Shown here one piece after another: positions 11,950-24,090 of a DNA stretch of 64,000 nucleotides. Source of the stretch: Octopus sinensis (Eukaryota); contig NC_043001.1 in the NCBI RefSeq assembly GCF_006345805.1, forward strand, positions 122,450,001 to 122,514,000, written 5' to 3'. The translations under genes were made by a program, and so were the position numbers. Below the pieces are notes generated by a model. It was not told the DNA's origin. It searched no databases and saw only the letters and a program-made list of their open reading frames with translations. Numbering within the stretch: position 1 is the stretch's first letter; every line of letters starts with the position of its first letter.

Positions 11950-13469
11950 CACACTAGATAAAACCGATGAAATAAAAGAATTAGACCAAAGCCAAACTTA
12001 CAAATACTTAGGAATCCATGAACTAGATAAGACACAACACACACAAATGAAAGAGAAAATAAAAAAAGAATATTATAGACGAGTTAGATCAATACTAAAA
12101 ACAGAGCTCAATGCTAAAAACAAGATAATAGGTATTAACACTTTAGCTGTCCCAGTTATAAGTTACAGCTACAATATCCTTAACTGGACACTAAATGAAC
12201 TGACCAAAATAGATAGGAAAACAAGAAAAATAATGACAGGATCTAGGATGCATCACCCAAAATCTGACATAGAGAGACTATATATACAACGTATAGAAGG
12301 TGGTAGAGGCCTTATACAGCTGGAAAACTACTATAAAATAACCACCATAGGACTGCAAAAATATCTACTTCAGGAGGAAGGAAAACTGATACAAATAGCG
12401 GCAAAACACGAGCAAAACAAAAAACTGTTCTCAGTATTTAAGGAAGCTGACAAATACAAACAAGAAATCATACCACCTAACAAATATAAAGAAGAAGAAG
12501 AAGAAGAAGAAGAAGAAGAAGAAGAAGAAGAAGAAGAAGAAGAAGAAGAAGAAGAAACAACAAAAGCTATAAAACAAATGAAATCCAAACTAAAACTAGA
12601 ACAGCAAAGAACCATGATAAAACGATGGCAAGAAAAGCCCCTTCATGGTAAACACTGGACTAAACTATATGCAAAAGAAATAGACAAAGAAAAATCCCAG
12701 CAATGGTTGAGAAGCTCAGGACTCAAAGCAGAGACAGAGGGATTTTTAATTGCAGCACAAGACCAAAGCCTCCCCACCAGAAATTACCAAAAACATGTAA
12801 TGGAAAGAAATATAACAAGTAACTGCAGAATATGTGGAGATGGACAAGAAACAATAAATCATATTATCTCTGGCTGCCCAGTCCTGGCTAAGAAGGAATA
12901 TATTCACAGACATGACAGAGTTGGAACCTACATACACTGGAAGCTATGCTAACATTATGGAATAACAACAGAAAAAAGATGGTATAGGCACACACCAGAA
13001 AAGGTCACAGAAAACGAGAAAGCAACCATACTCTGGGATATGCCGATACACACAGATAGAGAAATTAAGGCCAACAGACCAGATATAGTTGTCAGAGATC
13101 ATGAAGAAAAAAAATGCTTTCTAATTGATGTATCAATACCGGCAGATGACAACGTGTCTCTAAAAGAAATGGAGAAACTTTCAAAATACAAAGACCAGAA
13201 TGTGGAATCTAAAAACAGAAACAATTCCTATCATAGTAGGTGCATTAGGCATGATAAAAAATATTCAGACAAATACATAACAAAAACACCAGGACTTACA
13301 AACACATATAGCATACAGAAAATTGCACTACTAGGCACTGCACACATCCTACGCAGAACACTTTCCATTCAATAACCATCAGAGCATCACAACAAATCAC
13401 AGCACATACCCAAGGCACACAGAGCTGCGCTCGGTAGTGAAGTGAAAGCACGCTATAAAAAAATTACCA
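11950..13469 (+). mobile_element. 5'-truncated R4/Dong-clade non-LTR retrotransposon inserted in (AAT)n
   Basis: YKYLGI (end of RT), GGRGL, a CCHC finger (CRICGDGQETINHIISGC) and a restriction-like endonuclease (RPDIVV...LIDVSIP...KLSKYKD). Premature TAA at 12950 and a deletion-frameshift near 13195. (AAT)n on both flanks. Confidence 0.92.
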
Positions 13470-13512
<43 letters not shown>

Positions 13513-14355
13513 CCCTGATGCAGTACCAGACAGTGGCTCTCATGGCTTCTGATCTTAACTGGTTGGAAGTATTAGCATGTACATTGTTTTGTCTTAGTAT
13601 AAAAGATGGTCTACAGCAAATATCTGCTCAATACCACAGATTTGCTTGTCAATTGTTTGACCTTAACCAGTTGAGCATGTCCCTTAGTGGCTGACGATAT
13701 GTGCATCTCTGATCACGAGCAAAAGTAGTAGGGGAGCATCATAGCCATGTGTTGAAAGGAATTCTTGGAGGTTTGGATAATTCACCTTTGGAAACATGGG
13801 TGGTTCGTTCAACATCCTCACACAATCCTTATTCAGGGACCTTTTGAGCGGGATGGGCTACTCGACCGAAGAAAATTCTAACTGTGTCCTACCTGCAAAG
13901 TCATACGCCGTTTATCTTGATATGAGATCACCATGTCGCGCACATACGGTTGTGATACATGTGCCTGATCTCTCACTCAATAATAATAATCCTTTCTACC
14001 AAGGGCACGAAGCCTGAAATTTTTGGAGAGGGGACTAGTCAATTACTTCGACCACAGTGCCCGGCTGGTACTTATTTTATCAATTCTGAAAGGATAAAAG
14101 TCAAAGTCGACCTCGTCGGAATTTGAACTCAGGACGTAAAGACGGACTAAATGCCGCCAAGCATTTTGCCTGGTGTGCTAACGATTCTGCCAGCTCACCA
14201 CCTTAGATAATAATAATATCAATAATAATAATGCTTTCTACTATAAGCACAAGGCCTGAAATTTGGGGAGAAGGGAATAGGCAATGTAACGGGCGAAATA
14301 CCATTAAACATTTCATCCAACGTGTTTATGATTCAGCCAGCTCACCGCTTTAATG

Positions 14356-14394
<39 letters not shown>

Positions 14395-15642
14395 TAATAA
14401 TAATAATCATAATAATAATAATGAAAGGAAAGGCATGGGAGGGGCGATGCATACTGTGTGTGCAGATAAATTTTTATCGCAAATTATAGCGTAGCTTACA
14501 ATCGGTTGCTTAGCAATACTTTTTAATTGAACTGAATTGATATGTATTTATACTCCGGTGAAATTAAGAAATCAACTCGTAAATAAACGAAACCCTTGAA
14601 TCCATCAGTGTACACACACATACGGGTGCACGTGCACACACACACACACACACAGCCACATATGTATGTTTGTACGCACTCGTGTCTACGCGCATAGGCA
14701 CACCGTGATCTATACACACGCAGACAAGGGTCGGTTCATATGAGAAAGAAAGCTATAGCCCCGGGCCGACCAATGCCTTGTGAATGGATTTGGTAGACGG
14801 AAACTGAAAGAAGCCTGTCGTATATATGTATAAATATGTATATGTATGTGTGTGTGTGTGTTTGTGTGTCTGTCTTTGTCTCCCTAGCATTGCTTGACAA
14901 CTGATGCTGGTGTGTTTACGTCCCCGTCACTTAGCGGTTCGGCAAAAGAGACCGATAGAATAAGTACTGGGCTTACAAAGAATAAGTCCCGGGGTCGATT
15001 TGCTCGACTAAAGGCGGTGCTCCAGCATGGCCGCAGTCAAATGACTGAAACAAGTAAAAGAGTAAAGAGTAAGAGTAAAATAATATAACCACTTGCTTTA
15101 TCAGGAAATTTGTAAGTTTGAATTAAATTTTTTTTTTTTTAAATTTTAAGTATCATTAAAATTTAAGTATAAATATTTATACTCCGGTGAAATTAAGGAA
15201 TTAAGTCGTAAATAAAAAAACCCTTGAATCCATCACTGTACATACACATACATACATACGCACAAAGTTGCATATGTACGTACGTATGTATGTATATATG
15301 TATATATACGCACATGTGTCAATGTGCACAGGTGCACCATAATCTATACAGACAGGGACAAGGGTCGATTCCTATGAAAAACAAAATGAACAAAATAATA
15401 TGACCACTTGCTTATCGGGAAGTTCTACTTTTACAATTATTTTTTCAAGATAATCAAATCAAATGTTCATTTCGAACTAATCACCCAATGAGTATTTATT
15501 CCAAATGTGGTGAAAATCCGTTTTTGTGCACATTATAATCTCGAAGTAATGTAATAATAGATAATTTTCGTGTTTTTCATATGCTTAAAATATTAAAATA
15601 ACTGATGATTGCATATCAATCAATTTTTAATTATAATCCTAG

Positions 15643-15828
15643 GAATGGACTGCTAACAATTGGGTCAATAAAGGTCTTTCAAAACACCTTATCAACATTG
15701 GAATAGCGTTCTATGCTCACTCCTACCTGCTTGAGGATGCTAGCAATCAGAAGGAAGGATCACCAACATCCAAAGCTGGTACAGCTGGACAATATACAAG
15801 ACTAGATGGCTTTCTAGCTTACTATGAG
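15643..15828 (+). CDS. GH18 chitinase-like protein, exon 5
   Basis: CCTAG acceptor and GTAAGT donor; 62 codons. Encodes EWTANNWVNKGLSKHLINIGIAFYAHSY...GTAGQYTRLDGFLAYYE. Confidence 0.95.
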
Positions 15829-16217
15829 GTAAGTCTGCTGAGCGTTTCATATACTTTGACCATCTAGCTTTATCATAGATTTATATTTTTTTTACCATCG
15901 TAGTCAGAATTTGTTATTTTGGTCACCACAGTTATCAACAGTACCATCACTAACACCACCATCATAATCATTGTCATCAACATTAAGGTCATGATCAGCA
16001 GCACCCCCTCACCATCACCACCTTCATAATAATAATAATATAATAATAATAATAATAATTTCTACTAAGGGCACATGATTTGAAATTTAGAGGTAAGAGA
16101 CTAGTCGATTTCAACGATTCCAGTGTTTTTCCAGGCAAATTCGATCTCGGAATAACAACAACAACAACAAAAACAACAACAACAACAACAACAAAAACAA
16201 CAACAACAACAACAATA

Positions 16218-16249
<32 letters not shown>

Positions 16250-16914
16250 GATGATAATAGTCAAGACGAAGAGCGCAATTCGATTGTAATAGATAGTTTA
16301 TTGAGTGGACGATAATCCGACAGTAAATCTGTTTTTGTCAAGTTCAAAATAAGAAGTGATAAAAATTCAAATTTATAGAAATTGAAACGTAAAATATGAA
16401 CGAGTGCAACCAGTGTCCACACGTTGATGGAATGACATCATCAGTCTTTAAGTTTCAATTTTATGACAGGCGAAAAGAAAAAGACAGAAAAATAGGAAAG
16501 AAAAAAGAAAAGGAAAAAGAATATTTAATCAAACAGTTTTGTATTAATTTGTATAAATTTCATAATTTTCTTATGTTTTCTTAAACATTCTCCAGAACAA
16601 TACTATGTACAAAACCAAATATATGACACCCTAAGCATAACACCAACATGAAATTCTAGCATGTTGTCTCTTGAGGTCTTTGGGTGAGATTTGGAGCCAA
16701 CTTGTACAAATAAAGATGGCAGTGTGTTTTGTAGATCTTGCTAGTCTCTAGCAGGTAGAAAAATCACAGGGAAATTCTCTCTTAGAACGTAGTCAATTTT
16801 ATTGAATTATAGTTTTGGGGGGTTTTTTTTTTTCCTTTTGTCCACCAACGTGAGGTTTGCTCTTATTTGATTTCTCTCTTACATTTTAAACTTCAATTTA
16901 ATCATTTTTCTCAG

Positions 16915-17031
16915 GTATGTCAGATTATGAGTAGATCAACGAAATACTACTTACAAGACAAAGGCGTTCCTTATCTAGTTGATGGATACCAGTGGGTCGG
17001 ATATGAAGATGAACGTAGCGTTGCATTGAAG
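16915..17031 (+). CDS. GH18 chitinase-like protein, exon 6
   Basis: TCTCAG acceptor and GTAAGA donor; 39 codons. Encodes VCQIMSRSTKYYLQDKGVPYLVDGYQWVGYEDERSVALK. Confidence 0.95.
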
Positions 17032-17479
17032 GTAAGAAATATACTCAGAGTTTAACTAATTTGGATACAGTGTAAGACAGTGTTTCTCAACCACTCTTCA
17101 CCTATGGAACCCCAAGAGCAATATGGTCCCCGGTTGAAAACTTCTGGTATACGGCTACAACCATACATTTGCTATTTCATATATATATAATTATGTCTTA
17201 TAAAATGTTTAAAGTAATCAGGTAAAATTCAGACACGTTCTATAAGCAAAATATGTTACCAATATTCTACATAACTAAGGGAAATATTAATACAGAACGT
17301 TTCAGTCAACTTGAGTTAATATGTTGGCTCCAAAAGTTGCCTTATACATAAAAGCATGCATACATACATACGTGATTACAGGGATATATACATACATGCA
17401 TAAATAGACGCATACACACATATACATATACAAATGATTACATTTCTTTGATGTGCACTGCTATATCTGTTTGTCTACC

Positions 17480-17580
<101 letters not shown>

Positions 17581-17901
17581 ATATACATATATATACATAC
17601 ATAAATATATATATACATATATATACATACGTATATATATGCATACATATATATATATTCATACATATAATATATATATATATTATATATTATCCGAAAT
17701 GTACAGTGTTATATAGCCATCAAGGTTGATCATAGCAATCGGTTTCACGAAAGGAATACAATGGATTCTTGCGTGAAATCGAATGGCAAGATCAGTCATG
17801 ATGAATAAATAATACTGTACCTTTCAAAATTTATACTCTATTGTCAGATATACGAGTGCAACTTTTACCTGATTATGATCTTTTATATAATATATATATA
17901 T

Positions 17902-17934
<33 letters not shown>

Positions 17935-17959
17935 TATACCTATCTATCTATCTATATGC

Positions 17960-17994
<35 letters not shown>

Positions 17995-18220
17995 CTATCT
18001 ATCTATCATCTATCTATCTATCTATATGTATATATATATATATATAAATAAATATATATATATATATATATACGGTTAAGTAATTGAGATTCTAGTGAAT
18101 TCTAAAGAATTCACATGAATATGGTCCTTAACTAGGATGCACCGGAAATCTATATGGTGTTAACCATACGACAAGTGGGGTGATTACAAATAGGAAAAAA
18201 GCAACAAGAATGGATTAAAA

Positions 18221-18307
18221 TCTCGGTACGATCGTTTCGTACGAGGACATCTTTAATAAGCTACAAAAATGCAGTGAATACAGATGGCTCGTACTCGTCA
18301 GCCGAAA
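18221..18307 (-). ncRNA. Minimal type I hammerhead ribozyme (HHR-A)
   Basis: Minus strand: UUUCGG-CUGACGA-GUACGAG...CUCGUAC-GAA-ACGAUCGU-A-CCGAGA. Intact core, 7-bp stem II, palindromic stem III, 6-bp stem I, GUA cleavage triplet. Confidence 0.85.
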
Positions 18308-19472
18308 AAACATCAGAGAATTCCCAACATCAAAAGGGGTAGATACAAAAGAGGTTGTAAGATTAGCTGCATTGAAGAAAGTTCGATTCATGGAGATCCG
18401 ATGAAAGGTTTTAAACCTATAGAATTTATGCATGTCTACATATAGCTCATATTGAATATTTGATTAAGTGTGTGAAGAAATTTTCGGATACAGTCATGCA
18501 AAATTTCTGAAAATCCGAGTAAGAGGCAAGTGACTGCCATATCATGTAGAGGAAAGTCTGAGTAAAAGCATAGTGACTGTCATATCGTGTAGAGGAACAG
18601 ATTGTTATTGAAATCTACAAGAATCGCAGTTAAGTTCGATTTTTTGGAGATCCGATGAAAAAGTCTTGAACTTACAAAATATGTGTATGTCCTTATAGTT
18701 CATAATCCAGTTTTGTGGAGAGATTTAGGGTACAATCATGCGAAAAATATCAGGGAATCCGAATGAGAAGCAAAATGACAGTCTTATATTGTAGCGGTTC
18801 AGGTTGTTAATGAAATTTTCAAGAATCACAGAAAGAGGAGGAGGGAGGTAGAAATTTAAACAGTTACTGCTATTTAAGCTGTCAAAGAGAAAGGAAAGCT
18901 TAAATAGCAGTAACTGTTTAAATTTCTACCTCCCTCCTCCTCTTTCTGTGATTCTTGAAAATTTCATTAACAACCTGAACCGCTACAATATAAGACTGTC
19001 ATTTTGCTTCTCATTCAGATTCCCTGATATTTTTCGCATGATTGTACCCTAAATCTCTCCACAAAACTGGATTATGAACTATAAGGACATACACATATTT
19101 TGTAAGTTCAAGACTTTTTCATCGGATCTCCAAAAAATCGAACTTAACTGCGATTCTTGTAGATTTCAATAACAATCTGTTCCTCTACACGATATGACAG
19201 TCACTATGCTTTTACTCAGACTTTCCTCTACATGATATGGCAGTCACTTTGCCTCTTACTCGGATTTTCAGAAATTTTGCATGACTGTATCCGAAAATTT
19301 CTTCACACAACTTGATCAAATATTCAATATGAGCTATATGTAGACATGCATAAATTCTATAGGTTTAAAACCTTTCATCGGATCTCCATGAATCGAACTT
19401 TCTTCAATGCAGCTAATCTTACAACCTCTTTTGTATCTACCCCTTCTGATGTTTGGGAATTCTCTGATGTTT

Positions 19473-19560
19473 TTTCGGCTGACGAGTACGAGCCATCTGT
19501 ATTCACTGCATTTTTTGTAGCTTATTAAAGATGTCCTCGTACGAAACGATCGTACTGAGA
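19473..19560 (+). ncRNA. Minimal type I hammerhead ribozyme (HHR-B)
   Basis: Same fold as HHR-A: TTTCGG CTGACGA GTACGAG...CTCGTAC GAA ACGATCGT A CTGAGA. One stem I pair becomes G-U. Confidence 0.85.
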
Positions 19561-19621
19561 TTTTAATCCATTCTTGTTGCTTTTTTCCTATATATATATA
19601 TATTATATATATATAATATAC

Positions 19622-19726
<105 letters not shown>

Positions 19727-19799
19727 TATATATATATTATATATATATATATTATATATATATATATTATATATATATATATATGTATATATATATAAA

Positions 19800-21899
19800 T
19801 ATAAGTATATGAAAGAATGGAGTTGAACGACTAGTTAACAAATATCCTTTATTCTCGACATATGTTTCGAAGGCTGCATATTCCTAATTCCGAGGGAATA
19901 AGGAGTACATTATGCAGATTTCTCATCAGGAAAATCAAGGAACTTATGTCGACATCAAAATGCACAAAAAACTTTTAGCTGACCGCTCTCAAGGAGCCCA
20001 TGGCGATAATGAGTGTCTCTTTATAATGAGTGACGTCAGAGTGGCTGAATGTAGAAGAATCTAGAAGTTTCTAACGGTTCAAGAGTTCAAACGAAGTAGG
20101 AGGAGGGAGGCATAAAAATAGTAAGGTGAGAGAGTGCAGGTTAAAAGAATGGTGGGTTTAAATGATTTCTTTTGTGAATGAGTGCCTGTGTGTGTGACTG
20201 TATATAACTGTCTTAAAGTGTGTATGTGTGTGTCTGAGTGCGTGATTGTGTTTGTGGATGGGTAGATGTCAGAAAACTGACAGCTGTGAGTTGAAAGGTC
20301 TGTATCTGTGTGTTCGATTATGTTTACTGTAGGGGAAGGAAAGTAGATAGCGAAAGGGAGAAAGAATCGGGCGAGGTGAGAGGCAACGCAAGAATGGATA
20401 GTAGTAATTGGGAATATAAGAAAAACTTTTTTGACTATTGGGGTGAAATATAGCAAACGTTTTTTTGGAAATCGAGGGCTTATCTATATTAGTCACTATT
20501 TATATGGATGAAATTTACTACTATCCATTCTTGCATTGCCTCTCAATGCGTTTTTTCTTACAATGACATAGTTTAGAAGAAAGACCGGTTTCGCGTTTAG
20601 CTTTTCAAATTTCTTGCGACGTTATGTTTATCTTGAACAGAGTTATCTTCATGTTTATGTTTAAAAGAGTTCTAAATAAGGGGAGGTAATTAGTGATTTC
20701 TTCCGGTGTAAGGGAGATAATCGCTTAACATTTTTTTCCTTTCCCTTGGTGTGAATTTCTCTGTATCAGTATGTTGGCATGGTTAAGTCTGGGCTTGCAC
20801 TTTTCAATGAAGAATGTTTCCTTGTTTAGTCTAATTTGTGTTGATGATCCGATAGCACATTGGTAAAATGGAAAGCTTAAAAATTGTGGTCGTAGTTGCT
20901 TTGCGCATTTCTCAATGTGCTCACTAAAAGGTATCATTCTGTATTCTGGGAATGCAATCTGTTGTCGATGCAGTGTGCATCTACGTCTGAGTGATAGTCC
21001 CGTGGATCCCACGTAGTCTTGGTGGCAGCCCGAGCATTTTATGACATAAATTATATTTTCAGAGGCACAAGTAAAGTTAGATTTGATCTTGAATTTCTGT
21101 CCCTCTTTAAAGAGGAATTCTGATCCTTCTAGCAGGTTTGGACATGTTGCACAGTTCGATCTACCACATTTTTTTACTTTTGCATCCGTAATTTCAGAAA
21201 ACAATTTTGCCTTTGTGAGAATCTTTTTAAGTGATTTAGGTTGTTTGTAGCTTTTAATGATTTGGTGTATGTTTAGAATTTCCTTTAATTTGGGGTCCTT
21301 ATGAAGTATTGGTAAGTTCTGGATGATGATGGTGAAGGCTTCTTTGTTTCTGGGGTTGTATGTAGATATGTAAGGTAGTATTTTCGGGGAAGGTGTGTTG
21401 TTGTGTTGAACTTTTCTTAAAGTTTCTATGTTGATTTCTGTTGCACGTCTGATCCCATCCTCTATGAGTTGAGCTGGGTAATGTCTGTCAATTAGGGTGT
21501 TTTTGAGTTCTTGCAGTCTAAAGTTCCTGGTATTTTGTTCTGACACTATTGTGCATATCCTTCTTGCAAGGTTGAAGGGGATGTTTGTTTTAGTGTGTCT
21601 TGGGTGGCATGAATTAAAAAGAAGGTATTGTTTGGCGTCTGTGGCTTTGTAAAAATGTCTGTTTCTATTTTAAGGTTAATTTTTTTAATTAGTATATCCA
21701 AGAACGGGAGCTCCTTTTGGTTGTATTCCATTGTGAACTGTATATTTGGGTTTATGCTGTTCAATAGGTTTTTAAATTTTAGGAGTTTATCTGTGTTTTC
21801 ATTCCAGAGTATAAAACAATCGTCTAAGAATCGTTTCCAATTCTCTTTTATGTATTGAGAAAGGGGGTTTCCAAAGATTGATAAAGATTCCTGGTAAAT
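19800..21899 (-). mobile_element. Penelope-like element (Neptune-type Cys linker), inverted copy: RT 3' half, GIY-YIG endonuclease and 3' UTR ending at (TA)n
   Basis: ORFs 21546..21908 and 20725..21546 carry WKRFLDDCF, KCGRSNCATC and NIIYVIKCSGCHQDYVGST. One frameshift near 21660. About 0.9 kb of UTR with a hammerhead. Confidence 0.92.
19846..19940 (-). ncRNA. Minimal type I hammerhead ribozyme (HHR-C) in the PLE 3' end
   Basis: Minus strand: CCUUGAUUUUC-CUGAUGA-G...CUGCAUA...UAUGCAG...C-GAAA-CAUAUG-UC-GAGAAUAAAGG. Stem I has 10/11 pairs, stem III contains the palindrome CAUAUG, and the cleavage triplet is GUC. Confidence 0.88.
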
Positions 21900-23920
21900 A
21901 TAGTTCAACTTTCAAAACTGAATTGGGTACAAATAATCCCTTCCTTAAGAAAATTACAAAAAATAAAAAAGAAAAACCAAACAACCCACGAACAACCCCC
22001 AACTATCCTCCATACACTAAAAACAGAAATCACCCACAACCAACCTTTGCAAACCACGCAAGACCTAACAGGGAACTAGCTGACAGACGACGCGTCTATG
22101 AAATAAATTACAACAAAAACAGAACACACCAACAACATCCTAAAACTACGACCCATTGTAGCTGGCCCAACCTGTGAAACACACAGACTAAGTCTATTTA
22201 TGGACATCCTCCTGAAGCCCTTCCTTAAACATATCGATAGCCATATCAGAGATGACTTAGATATGTTAAACCACCTCCCAAAAAAAGCCAAGGAAGAAAC
22301 AATCCTGGTTTCATTTGATGTAGTTAACTTGTATACCAGTATACCTCATAATTATGGACTAGAGGCAATACAGTTCTGGCTGGACCAATTTCCGGAAGAA
22401 ATACCAAAAAGGATCAGTAAAGAATTCATTACTAAATCAATTGAATTCATTCTACATAATAACCACTTCATGTTTGACAATACATTTTACCGTCAAAAAT
22501 CCGGAATTGCTATGGGTACAAGGGCAGCACCAGTCATTGCGAACCTAACAATGGGCTACATGGAAATAATCATTTACCAGGAATCTTTATCAATCTTTGG
22601 AAACCCCCTTTCTCAATACATAAAAGAGAATTGGAAACGATTCTTAGACGATTGTTTTATACTCTGGAATGAAAACACAGATAAACTCCTAAAATTTAAA
22701 AACCTATTGAACAGCATAAACCCAAATATATAGTTCACAATGGAATACAACCAAAAGGAGCTCCCGTTCTTGGATATACTAATTAAAAAAATTAACCTTA
22801 AAATAGAAACAGACATTTTTTACAAAGCCACAGACGCCAAACAATACCTTCTTTTTAATTCATGCCACCCAAGACACACTAAAATAAACACCCCTTTCAA
22901 CCTTGCAAGAAGGATATGCACAATAGTGTCAGAACAAAATACCAGGTACTTTAGACTGCAAGAACTCAAAAACACCCTAATTGACAGACATTACCCAGCT
23001 CAACTCATAGAGGATGGGATCAGACGTGCAACAGAAATCAACATAGAAACTTTAAGAAAAGTTCAACACAACAACACACCTTCCCCGAAAATACTACCTT
23101 ACATATCTACATACAACCCCAGAAACAAAGAAGCCTTCACCATCATCACCCAGAACTTACCAATACTTCATAAGGACCCCAAATTAAAGGAAATTCTAAA
23201 CATACACCAATCATTAAAAGCTACAAACAACCTAAATCACTTAAAAAGATTCTCACAAAGGCAAAATTGTTTTCTGAAATTACGGATGCAAAAGTAAAAA
23301 AATGTGGTAGATCGAACTGTGCAACATGTCCAAACCTGCTAGAAGGATCAGAATTCCTCTTTAAAGAGGGACAGAAATTCAAGATCAAATCTAACTTTAC
23401 TTGTGCCTCTGAAAATATAATTTATGTCATAAAATGCTCGGGCTGCCACCAAGACTACGTGGGATCCACGGGACTATCACTCAGACGTAGATGCACACTG
23501 CATCGACAACAGATTGCATTCCCAGAATACAGAATGATACCTTTTAGTGAGCACATTGAGAAATGCGCAAAGCAACTACGACCACAATTTTTAAGCTTTC
23601 CATTTTACCAATGTGCTATCGGATCATCAACACAAATTAGACTAAACAAGGAAACATTCTTCATTGAAAAGTGCAAACCCAGACTTAACCATGCCAACAT
23701 ACTGATACAGAGAAATTCACACCAAGGGAAAGGAAAAAAATTTTAAGCGATTATCTCCCTTACACCGGAAGAAATCACTAATTACCTCCCCTTATTTAGA
23801 ACTCTTTTAAACATAAACATGAAGATAACTCTGTTCAAGATAAACATAACGTCGCAAGAAATTTGAAAAGCTAAACGCGAAACCGGTCTATCTTCTAAAT
23901 TATGTCATTGTAAGAAAAAA
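21900..23920 (+). mobile_element. Penelope-like element, direct copy (RT plus GIY-YIG), head-to-head with the inverted copy
   Basis: LKLRPIVAGP, FDVVNLYTSIP, GIAMGTRAAP, RFLDDCF and the GIY-YIG region. Segment 22572-23920 is near-identical to the reverse complement of 20551-21899. Premature TAG near 22731 and a frameshift near 23205. Confidence 0.92.
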
Positions 23921-24013
23921 TTTTTTAATATTCTTCAGACATATTGACGCAAATATATATATTTTTTAACCTTTAAGCCTTCTGTAGTTTTTTCACTTCT
24001 TACTATTTTATAT

Positions 24014-24044
<31 letters not shown>

Positions 24045-24045
24045 A

Positions 24046-24090
<45 letters not shown>

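Larger units (their letters stand above)
18190..19591. mobile_element. 1.4-kb palindromic non-coding element, PLE-related, with two hammerhead ribozymes
   Basis: Arms 18190-18880 and 18897-19591 are near-identical reverse complements around a 16-nt spacer. No meaningful ORF. Each arm ends outward in a hammerhead plus a PLE-like tail; the right end abuts (TA)n. Confidence 0.85.

Noticed and set aside
12370-12615. Poly-Ser ORF on the minus strand
   Set aside because: It is the antisense of the (GAA)n tract in the Dong element.
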